A stretch of DNA of 63,241 nucleotides, filler included, from Stramenopiles sp. TOSAG23-6 (lineage: Eukaryota): the NCBI GenBank assembly GCA_900128565.1. It is 4 parts of 4 records of this genome, joined end to end, with 100 filler letters (N's around TTAATTAATTAA, not from the genome) between each part and the next. Parts side by side here need not be neighbours in the genome. Positions count along the whole stretch, not along the records: positions 1 to 15,814 come from LT636105.1; 3 more parts are not named here. One strand, 5' to 3'. Shown here piece by piece: positions 1-9,296 of this stretch. Below the pieces are notes generated by a model. The model was not told the origin of the DNA, ran no database searches, and saw only the letters and a list, made by a program, of their open reading frames with translations. Made by a program: the position numbers and the translations under genes. Numbering within the stretch: the first letter of the stretch is position 1; the number at the start of each line of letters is the position of its first letter.

Positions 1-79
1 AAAAAAAAATCTTTTTTGTTTAGGTACAAAATTTCGTACGAAAAAAAAAATAAATTTGAAATTCATGATGGAAACGTAC
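1..79 (-). mobile_element. Introner-family intron copy I1 (5' part; runs off window start)
   Basis: Minus strand: exon ...ccatta t|GTACGTTTCC...TTTTTCGTACGAAATTTTGTACCTAAAC; ORF stops just inside it. Confidence 0.85.
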
Positions 80-938
80 ATAATGGTATGTTTTTTTTAT
101 CTCGTAAATTGTGACATATTTCGTATTCAACTGGGATTTCAGATACGATACGCTCCCGCCGTAGTTGTCTGATATAATTCTCGTTATAATTTGTTCCATC
201 ACGACGTTTACCCTTTGAGTTTTGAAAATATGCATGAATGTTTTTAAACAAAGTAGAAGCATTTCTTTGAGGGAAAAAGACATGTATTTTGGAAAAATAT
301 TTCAAAAAAAAAAAACTAACATTTGTTAGGTACAAAATTTCGTACGAAAAAAAAATTGGAATTCGAAAAAAAATAAAACATACATCTTTGTACGTTTTTT
401 CACAAGTTTCTAAGAGACTTTTATCATCACCATCTTTAAACAGTAAATTACATTGAAAAGGAATAGGACATGGCAGTAGATCAATAGCATCATTTGGATT
501 TAAGAAAGAGTCATGGTGACCTACACATGGGAACGTGGAACGGAATGTTTGCGCCACATCCTCACATCTTCGACATCTGTTTGTGACGCCGAAATCGTTT
601 GGAGTTTTGTTTTTCATTTTGTTTGCAGTATTGGGATAAATAGTATTCTCCCTTTGTCCTATCTTCTTGAAATGAATTTGCTCTTGTAATGATCCTTTAT
701 GCTTTATAGCTTTACTCTTATTTCTTTTCTTTGTTTCAGCTTGTAGCTCCTGTATACTAAGAATCAATTGACGCTGCTGCAGCCGTGTGTTTTCTTTTTT
801 TCGATCTTTTTTTGCTACGCCATCATCTTGATAGCTTGCGTTAGTTTTACTACCAACAACTATCAATGCAAACATGATTACGAAAAGCGTATACTCTATC
901 CTATATTTAATTGATAAATGCTTAACATATCTTGCCAT
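80..938 (-). CDS. Hypothetical protein with N-terminal hydrophobic anchor (exons 938-384, 281-80; continues beyond window)
   Basis: ORF 63..1025; first ATG at 938 followed by YTLFVIMFALIVVG; 34-aa FFSYEILYLTN-type segment is a read-through intron. Confidence 0.55.
282..383 (-). mobile_element. Introner-family intron I2, 102 nt, GT...AT, stop-free and in frame
   Basis: aaagat|GTATGTTTT...TTCGTACGAAATTTTGTACCTAAC...AAATATTTTTCCAAAATACAT|gtcttt. Confidence 0.85.
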
Positions 939-1068
939 TCTCTTTCTTAGAGAAGCGATTTGATTTGATTTAGATTTTAGATTTGATTTTTTGATTTTTT
1001 GATTCGATTTTTGAAAAAACAACAATGTATGTTTTTAAATTTGAAATTTCTCCAAAATCTCCTGTGTG

Positions 1069-1086
1069 TTAGGGTTAGGGTTAGGG
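1069..1086. repeat. (TTAGGG)3 telomeric motif in divergent intergenic region
   Basis: ttagggttagggttaggg read directly. Confidence 0.9.
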
Positions 1087-1261
1087 GTAAATGGTAATCC
1101 GGTAACCCGAAAATTTGAAATTGAAATTCATCTTGAATCCGCGAGTGAAAACTTTGAAGAATAATAATAAATAATAGAAGTTTTAAAGTGCTCAATAAAC
1201 ACTTCATTGAGGTGAGCAGCAATTCCACGGGTATACCGTTTTTGCGTTTGTTAATTTAATT

Positions 1262-4200
1262 ATGCCAATAAGAGTTTTATCACCAGAGTTAGTGCGCGAG
1301 ATTTGTTTAAGTCACCCAGGTCTACGAAACTTGAACCTTTCTTGTAATGAGATTACTGTTGTCGCTAACCTTCAGGTCCTACAGCGACTAGAGACACTAA
1401 ATATATCTCAAAATAAAATACACACACTTGATTGGACTAGTTTCATTGGATTACCTATGCTTGCTAAAATTAATGTTTCTCAAAATAGTGTAGAGAATTT
1501 GATTGATAGTCCAAATACTTGTAGGCTGCGAGCTCTAAGTTTTGTTGATCTTTCAAACAACTCGCTTGTTGATTTGACTTCCACTTTGAAATCTTTAGCA
1601 AAATTACCCAAATTGTCCACTCTTCGTCTTTTGGGAAACCCTCTATGTACACATATTAACTATCGGACGAAAGTGCTACAGGAATTACCACATTTAACTT
1701 ATTTAGACGATGAATTCATTTCCTCAGCGGAGAGGAGGTACATTCGTTTGTTAGAGGTTGATAGTGCCGTTGATGGTGATTTTAGTTTATCCTTTCATAA
1801 AAAACAGAGGCGGACATCACCGATTATCTTAGAAAGTTCAGATTCTTTTCATTTACATAGTCCGTCGGAAAAATCTTCACCACGCATAGAAGAATATTCA
1901 TCAAAAAGAGATAAATTAGAAATTGACGCATATTCACCAAAAAGAGATAAATTAGAAATTGACGCATATTCAACTGCTGAAAATCATTCGTCTGCAAGAA
2001 GTTTGTTGCGAGATCGTATGAAAGACTCTGATAAGAAAATAGAATACGACGAACTAGTCAAAACATTACATGCCCAACAATCAGACTTAAATAGTTTGCG
2101 AAAATATTTTGGTGTTGAATTGAATTCTGAAGAGAAATTTGAAAAAAAATTTCAAAATGTGCAAAATTGTAGTAATAACATTCTATGTACGAGTGGAAAT
2201 ATCTCAATAGATCACAAAACGAAGTTCAGAAATAAAGAAAATAATTTCTCAAAACTTCAAATTGAGGTTCAAAGTCAAACAGAAATCAACAACAAAAATA
2301 GATTACGTATCGAAGAAGAAGTCAAATTTCGAACGAAGGAACTTCAAAAACAAGCTGATTTAGCAAAACTTCGTGCTGATGCTATAGAAAAAACCTTAAT
2401 TATTCAAGAAAAAGCATTAGCAACAGCAGCATTTGATTCAAATAAAACTAAAACAAGCCCTAATCAAAGTAAACTGCCTCCAATGACTTCAGAAAGTTTT
2501 GCTTTACTTTTAACACGTTGGAGGACAAGTGTTTTTGAAATGAATATTGTACTTTGTCCATTTTTCAAATTCAAATTCATTTTTTTTTTTAAATCATACC
2601 TAACAAATTTCAAACTTATTTCATATTTCTTCATAATGCTTCAACAAGAACAAAATAAGTTACTTATAAAACTACTTAAAGAAGAACATAACATTGAAAT
2701 GGAAAAAATGCGTGATGAAATTAACGATTCACAAAGAGAAGTCAAAATATTAGAACAAAAAGTTCAAGCTTCCGTCGCTGGAAATGATTTACTGAAATCA
2801 ACCATAGCTGAACAAATAAGAAAAGTCGAATCACAAGCTCAGGAAGAAAAAAATTTAAAAATGAAACAATTGTATTTTATAGTACAAAAATGCGCTGCAA
2901 TGTTCGAACGTAGTGCAATACAAAGCGGTGAACTTGTCGAAACTGCTCTTACCGAATTAAATAGTTATTGTCATCGAGTTTCTTTTGCTAAACGACGTTT
3001 AAACATGTTGCAGAGTTTACTAAAGCAAAAAAAAAATTCTGTTCATAATGAGATGAAAATTTTACAAGAAAGATATGATAAAAGACGTGTTGATGAAGTA
3101 CCTCAAGAGGAGAAATTGTCCAATGCATTAAATCCTGACAAAATCAAAAATATAGAGAAAGAAATAAATACTTCTCTGGTTAATACAAAAAATCCATTTA
3201 AAAATATTAACATTGCTGAACCACTAAAACAATCAGAATTAATGTCTTTATGTACATTTTCATCATGATTTTTTTTAAAATTTATTTTTCATACGAAATT
3301 TTGTACCTAACAAAAAAAAATATATATATATATTTCACAATATATCACATCACGAAATACGCTCGGAAGCTATTCGATTAAGTAAAGAAAGAAGTTTATT
3401 ATTACGTCATATCCAGTTAGATCGTCAAACAATGTTGCAACATCAAAGTTTTAGAGAGGAAGAACATAAAAAGTATGTTTGTGATTTAACTAGAAAAAAA
3501 TCTGTACTTGAGCGGCAACTTGCAGATAATAAATCTGCATTTGCGTCTGAAAGTTTACGACGAACTGCATTAGAGTCTCAATTGGTTGAATTACATACTA
3601 TTATAGAAAAAAATAAATCGGACAATGCCAATATGCGTATAGAAATGAAACGAAATGCTTCATTTATGCAAAAAGAAAAAGCTGAAGCATTACGCATGGC
3701 ACAAGAAGAAGCTATTGTATCAAGACAAAAAATGTCCGTGGAAGCATCTCATGTACGTTTTCATATTTTATTTTTGGTAGAAAATTTTGTAGCGAACTAT
3801 TTTTTACTAAAAAAAAAATATATATATATATATATTTTAGTAAAAATAACCCTAACCCTAATATATATATTTGTACACTACAGTTACGAAGAGATAATAC
3901 AAAACACATTATTCGTTGTCGTCATTTAGAACGTGAAATAATTCGTTTAAAACAGGATAGAGACAATCACGATGTCTCTACTGAAGAATATTGGAAATTA
4001 AAAGTAGGTGAAATGGAAAAAAAAGTTGAAAACGTTCGTAAAGAAAGAAACGCATTACTCTCTGCTTTACGAGAAAATGAAAGGAAAAGTAATTTTAAAA
4101 TGGATACTGATCAGATTGCAGCTAGTGGGAGTAGCCGAGAAAATAGTTTTATTACGCCATCCGGTGCATGTTCAGGATCAGGTGGAACTTCAAATTCGTC

Positions 4201-4522
4201 TGTTGTTGGTAGAGTTTCTAAATCAAAAAAATATAATGTATTTCCAAAACAAATGACAGAAAATAATCCACTTTGTATAAAGGATGAAAATCAATTGAAT
4301 GTAGGTGTAGGGTCAGGTTTACCTAACCCTAATCAATTGAATATATCTTCTTTATGTGATTCATCAGATGAAGATAGTTATAGAAATAGTAATAACGTAT
4401 CTAGAACAGTACATGTCAATAGTATGATAGATGATGTTGGAATGTATGGAAGGAATGGGGATATTAAGAATACATTAGATGAACTAGATGCATTGACTGT
4501 GGCTATATTAGATGATGAATGA
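1262..4522 (+). CDS. N-terminal LRR + CCHCR1(HCR)-like coiled-coil protein (exons 1262-2548, 2642-3251, 3346-3752, 3884-4522)
   Basis: LxxLNLSxNxI repeats with LRR cap (GNPLCTHINYR); spliced motifs LLTRWRTSVFEMNIQ, RVSFAKRRL, KERNALLSALRE, LDELDALTVAILDDE resemble CCHCR1 from recall. Confidence 0.7.
1895..1972 (+). repeat. 36-bp in-frame tandem duplication (YSxKRDKLEIDA x2)
   Basis: tattca[t/c]caaaaagagataaattagaaattgacgca at 1895 and 1931. Confidence 0.9.
2549..2641 (+). mobile_element. Introner-family intron I3, 93 nt, GT...TT, in frame
   Basis: aatatt|GTACTTTG...CATACCTAAC...CATATTTCTTCATAATGCTT|caacaa; TT on both sides; removal deletes a Phe-rich insert from a coiled coil. Confidence 0.75.
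3252..3345 (+). mobile_element. Introner-family intron I4, 94 nt, GT...AT
   Basis: ttat|GTACATTTT...CATACGAAATTTTGTACCTAAC...CACAATATAT|cacat; joins two ORFs in frame (MSLSHHEIRSE). Confidence 0.85.
3753..3883 (+). mobile_element. Diverged family intron I5, 131 nt, canonical GT...AG
   Basis: cat|GTACGTTTT...degenerate core GGTAGAAAATTTTGTAGCGAAC...AACCCTAACCCTAA...CACTACAG|ttacga; restores frame to ORF 4013..4522. Confidence 0.8.
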
Positions 4523-4813
4523 AAAATTTCTATAATTTTTTTTTCAATTTTTAAATTCATTTCAAAATAAAGCTGGCATATTTATGCATTTGGACAATTG
4601 GTTACACAAATTCAAAATTTGATATATATTATATTTTGAATTTGACAGACCTGCTTTTTCTGTAATAAAATGGCACATTAAATTTTGATTTGGCATAAAT
4701 GGGAGAAAAATCTTTTTTTTTTGACAAGCGAAGAAGAGAGATGACAGTGTGTGTGACACTTATAAGTTATACCGCTGTTGTCACTCTTTCCTTTCTTTTT
4801 TTCGACATTCCAA

Positions 4814-6408
4814 ATGTATCATACATTTACCAAATTGGATGTTGAGGATGTAGATGCTGAAATTGATGCATCTTTGGATACGTGGAGTAAGAAGAGAAAA
4901 CGCGTATTGGGAGGTGTTTTGTTGTTTTCGGCATTATTTCTTATGATCAACACTGTCAGCTTGAGGGGGGATACTTCTTTTCGAAACCTTGCCTCGGATA
5001 AGGAATCGGAGAGCAAACATGAAGTTCAAAACGAACACCACGAGGAACGACGCCAAGAAATGAAAAAAAAACATCATGAGGAAGAACAGCACAAGGAACG
5101 TAAGCACGAGATGAGAAAAAAGCATCACGAGGAAAAGATTGCTATCAAAAAGGAACATGAGAAGTTGACGAAAGAATCTGGAAAAGATAAAAAGTTGGAA
5201 AAAGGTTGGGAAAAGATTGAGAAAAAAGACAAAGATGAAAAACCGAAAACAATTAAAAAAGTTCAAGCTCGTGGAAACCTAGCTTTGCAACGTGTATTGG
5301 ATGATGAACATATCGTACCAAGTGGTTTAGTCTGGGTTGGTCATTCTCCTCCTGACACAGACTCTGTATTTGCTGCGATCGGTGCTGCACACTTGTTCCA
5401 CGGAGAAGCTGCGATTGGTGCACCAGAAAATCCAGAATCTGAATGGTGTTTACAACACTTCAAGCTTCCAACACCAAAATTGACAACAGAGCCCAAATTT
5501 CAAGAGGAAGGCATCAAGTGGGGGATTGTTGATCATGGTTCCTCTGGAAAACTTTCCCCGGGTGTTGTTGAACGTAATATTGAAGTTGTTATTGACCATC
5601 ATCAACTTGCTGAAGACGAAGTAAGTCAAAAACATCCAATTAATGTGACTATTCGTCCATGGGGTTCTACGTGTACATTTTCATTATGAACTTATAATTA
5701 ATTTATTTTTGTATGAAAATTTCGTACCCTAACGATTTTTTTCATGATTTCGTTTTTTTTTTTCACAATACATGTACAATATTGGCATATATGTATGCAG
5801 ATAAGCGTGTTACTGTGCCTGAAGATATTGCTGGGGGATTATTTTGTGGGATTGTATCCGATACTCTCAACTTAAGATCTCCCACTGCAACAGATTTTGA
5901 TCGCAAGGCGTTAAATGCTCTCGGTGATATAATTGGTCTTAATAATGAAGCAAAAAGAATTGAATTTGCACGTGCTTTATTCACTGCCAAAAGTAATGTT
6001 TCACACTTATCAATGAAAGAAGTTGTTCTTTTGGATTTTAAAAAATATAGTCTCCCAAATGATGAAGTAAAAAAATTTGGTTGGGGCAGTGGAGAAACTG
6101 TAAATATGGAAGAAACTATCGCTAAAATTGACGAAATAAAAACAGCAATGCTTGAAATAAAGAATGAAATGGGATTGGTATACATATTTTATTCGATTAC
6201 TAATATTGATCCTACGGTTTTAAAACCATTTACGTATATTGTTGTAGCTTCGCCTGAAGATGAGGAATTGGCAAAGAAGGCATTTCCAAACGGGAAACCA
6301 GTCCCTGGAAAATCAGGTTTAATTGACGTAGGAGAGCTAATATCACGAAAAGTTCAATTTATTCCAGGCGTGGAGGATGTTTTAGAAAGTGGAACTTCAG
6401 AAAAGTAA
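4814..6408 (+). CDS. Family II (DHH/DHHA2, Mn-dependent, PpaC-like) inorganic pyrophosphatase with N-terminal membrane anchor (exons 4814-5672, 5774-6408)
   Basis: Motifs GHSPPDTDS, IVDH, IDHH, RPWGSTCTI (across the junction), GIVSDTLNLRSPT, DFK, SRK; hydrophobic VLGGVLLFSALFLMI. Confidence 0.9.
5673..5773 (+). mobile_element. Introner-family intron I6, 101 nt, GT...AT
   Basis: acgt|GTACATTTT...TTCGTACCCTAAC...TTCACAATACAT|gtaca; no AG inside; restores GSTCTIL. Confidence 0.85.
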
Positions 6409-6454
6409 TTTGTTTTACTTATTTATTCAACTTAGCGATTAAAAAGAAATATTG

Positions 6455-7222
6455 CTATACTAAAAAATGTTTTCTTCGTTTTTCTCGCTTTGATTTCATT
6501 TCTAATTGCACTTGTCGTCTAACTATTTTAGACATTCCCGAATGTGCTCGACTTACTCCGAGTACATTTGGCCATAATTCTTGTGTTATATTTGTATGTA
6601 TCATATTGTTATTTGTATCTATCATATTGTTATTTGTATCTATCATATTGTTATTTGTATCTATCATAGTATTATCATTATTTTCAATAGATGTTATTGC
6701 ATTGTTTTTTACTATGCTTGACGAAGATAACATAGGAGTCTTCGATATAGATTTCTGTTGAATTGTCTCAATACTTGCAATATATTTGGGATTTTCACCA
6801 GTTTTTGAGTTTTCCTTTGATGGTACTTCTTCATCATATAAAATGAACTTTTTCTTCTTTGCTTGAATTTTAAAATTCTCAACAATACAATCAATATCGA
6901 GAGTAGTGTCTATCAACCATTCGTGGATTTTCTTACGGGAGTTAATAAAGTTTTCCACGTGACCATTTGATTGACAATCCCAGGGATTTACATTTTTGGA
7001 ATCTTTTGTTGTTGACATGTAATGTTGTTGTGAGATATTTGATAGTCTCTGAGCACGCTGAATAAACATGAGCACATTAGATGCATGATCATTTACATTA
7101 GTAACACTATTTTCTTTACTCTTTGTCTCTATATTAATTTTATTATTACGTTCTTGTCTCAAGAGAAACTGTTGTTTTGCACGTGCAAAGCGAGGCATGG
7201 TATCTATAGAGTCTGAACTCAT
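6455..7222 (-). CDS. Hypothetical protein with MIDTNNN repeats
   Basis: ORF 6455..7342, first ATG at 7222; no recognised domain. Confidence 0.55.
   Translation of the reverse strand: MSSDSIDTMPRFARAKQQFLLRQERNNKINIETKSKENSVTNVNDHASNVLMFIQRAQRLSNISQQHYMSTTKDSKNVNPWDCQSNGHVENFINSRKKIHEWLIDTTLDIDCIVENFKIQAKKKKFILYDEEVPSKENSKTGENPKYIASIETIQQKSISKTPMLSSSSIVKNNAITSIENNDNTMIDTNNNMIDTNNNMIDTNNNMIHTNITQELWPNVLGVSRAHSGMSKIVRRQVQLEMKSKREKRRKHFLV
6590..6670 (-). repeat. 21-bp coding tandem repeat (~4 copies)
   Basis: tatcatattgttatttgtatc repeated on plus strand. Confidence 0.85.
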
Positions 7223-7455
7223 TATGTGAGTGGCACTTCTCAATGAAAATCTAAGGAAAGGATTTGAAATCCAGAACTTTTTCAAATGTGCATACCATGA
7301 AGATACTTGTATTTCAATGCAAAATGTATGCAGGCTAGCCAACTTGGAACTAACTATCTAATTGAAATTCGAATTTTTCCTTTTTTTCTCTCTTTTTTTC
7401 TCTTTTTTTTTCTCTTTTTTGTCGACTTCATTTGTAATTTCAAATTTGAATTTTG

Positions 7456-7475
7456 AAAATGCCACGTGGCATTTT
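7456..7475. promoter_or_regulatory. Perfect 20-bp palindrome containing a G/E-box (CACGTG) in the divergent promoter of PRP31
   Basis: aaaatgccacgtggcatttt. Confidence 0.5.
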
Positions 7476-7586
7476 TTACTTTTTTTTTTTTTCGAGTTCG
7501 TCGTCGTCGAATAATAAATCGAACTCGGTGTGTGAGTCGTGACGACGAACTTCTTCTTCTTCATTCTTGTTTGATTTGGAAAAGAA

Positions 7587-9182
7587 ATGACTGAGACATT
7601 AGTACCTGATAGCTTTCTCGATGACCTTGATGATCTCGACGATGTCGAAGATTCCAATGATATTATTCAGTCGGGTAAAAATGGTGTAGAGGGCGATATA
7701 AACCCATCGGAAAATGATATAAAATTATTGAATGGAAAAGATAGTACGCATAGCAACGCGAATAGGGGTGTAGGTAGTAATTCATTAAAAATACCTTCTC
7801 CGGTAAAGTTTCAAAATGTAGCTAAACTAAGAAGTACTCTACGATATAAAAACCATATGTCGGCTATAAGGGCGTCATTAGAATGTCCCACAAAACCGTC
7901 AATTACAGAAGCAGATAGTGACTACGATCTTGTAATGAGTTCCAATGAGCTTTTGCACGAAATGTCGACTGAAATTTCAAACGTCAGGGTTATTTTAAGC
8001 AAACTATATTTGAAAAAGTTTCCAGAATTGGATAACCTTGTCAAAGACTCTGTGGTGTATGCTAGCGTAATAAAATGTATTGGGAAGGAAAAAGATATTA
8101 CTGCAATTGATTTAGGGAATATTTTACCAAACGCCTTGTGTATGGTTGTTACTGTTACTGCTTCGACTACCGTCGGTACGGATTTAACTGAGAATGAAAT
8201 TGCAGAGGCTTTGTTTGCAGCGGATGAATTACTTGGAATTTCTTCTGATAGAAAAATAATTGTAGATTTTATTGAAAGTAGAATGTGTGCTTTAGCTCCA
8301 AATACATCTGCATTAGTTGGAACAACAATAGCCGCTCGACTTGTATCACATACTGGCGGTCTGCTAGCTTTAGCTCGCATTCCTTCGTGCAATATTCAAG
8401 TGGTTGGTAAAAAAGTAAAAGCGGCAATGGGTTTTGGTGTTGCTGCAACTCAACCAAACGTTGGAATTATTTTTGACGCAAGTTTAGTTCAATCTGCACC
8501 GTCATTTCTTCAAATAAGAGCTTTACGTGCTGTGTCAGCAAAGACTGCTTTGTGTGTCCGTGCGGATTGTGCTGGATCAAGTAATTGTAGTACAGCAGAA
8601 GGGTCAAGAGGTGATATGGGAAGACGTTTCAAGCGAGAACTTGAAGCTAAAATTTTAAAATGGCAGGAGCCACCGAAAGGTAAAGCTCTACAAGCTTTGA
8701 AGGTACCTGGTTCACGACCACCTAGAAAGCGTGGAGGACGCGCACAACGTGCTAGAAAAGAAAAATTTGCAATGACAGAAGTGAGAAAAGCTCAAAATAA
8801 AATTTCCTTTGGTGATTTTAGGGACGAATATGGAGATAATGCCATGGGGTTAAGCAAAGGAGTTCTCGGGAAGGGTGGGATTGTTGGACAACTTCGTGCG
8901 CAGCGAGAAAAGAAACAAAAGTGGATTGATAAAAAAAAACAGAAAGGAAAGGGTAAGTCACACATACAACAACAACGTATATTAAGGAAGATGAACGCTG
9001 GATCCAGTGGTGTGACTTCTGGCCTGGCATCCTCTTTAGTATTTACTCCAGTTCAAGGCATGGAATTAGTTAATCCGGAGTTACAAAAAAAGAAATTGGA
9101 AGTTTTAAGTAATTCATATTTTTCTGAGGATGCATCTTTTCAGAAAGTGAATCATGTAAATAAGAAAAGAAAAATAAATTGA
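7587..9182 (+). CDS. PRP31: U4/U6.U5 tri-snRNP protein Prp31
   Basis: KKFPELDNLV, NOP-domain APNTSALVG...PSCNIQVVG, RKRGGR, SGLASSLVFTPVQGMELVNP. Confidence 0.95.
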   Translation: MTETLVPDSFLDDLDDLDDVEDSNDIIQSGKNGVEGDINPSENDIKLLNGKDSTHSNANRGVGSNSLKIPSPVKFQNVAKLRSTLRYKNHMSAIRASLECPTKPSITEADSDYDLVMSSNELLHEMSTEISNVRVILSKLYLKKFPELDNLVKDSVVYASVIKCIGKEKDITAIDLGNILPNALCMVVTVTASTTVGTDLTENEIAEALFAADELLGISSDRKIIVDFIESRMCALAPNTSALVGTTIAARLVSHTGGLLALARIPSCNIQVVGKKVKAAMGFGVAATQPNVGIIFDASLVQSAPSFLQIRALRAVSAKTALCVRADCAGSSNCSTAEGSRGDMGRRFKRELEAKILKWQEPPKGKALQALKVPGSRPPRKRGGRAQRARKEKFAMTEVRKAQNKISFGDFRDEYGDNAMGLSKGVLGKGGIVGQLRAQREKKQKWIDKKKQKGKGKSHIQQQRILRKMNAGSSGVTSGLASSLVFTPVQGMELVNPELQKKKLEVLSNSYFSEDASFQKVNHVNKKRKIN

Positions 9183-9296
9183 TAAAAAGAATATCTAATA
9201 TAAAACATTGAAATTTATTGAATGTATTGATACTACTTATATCCAAATACATACTTCTTTTTTTAAGTCTATTGTATACATTTTATATCCAAATAC

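Noticed and set aside
1026-1040. ATGTATGTTTTT resembling an element end
   Set aside because: No core motif or matching partner end; intergenic.
7587-9182. PRP31 as the cause of non-canonical splicing
   Set aside because: Its motifs look ordinary, Prp31 does not select the 3' splice site, and proximity is probably coincidental.
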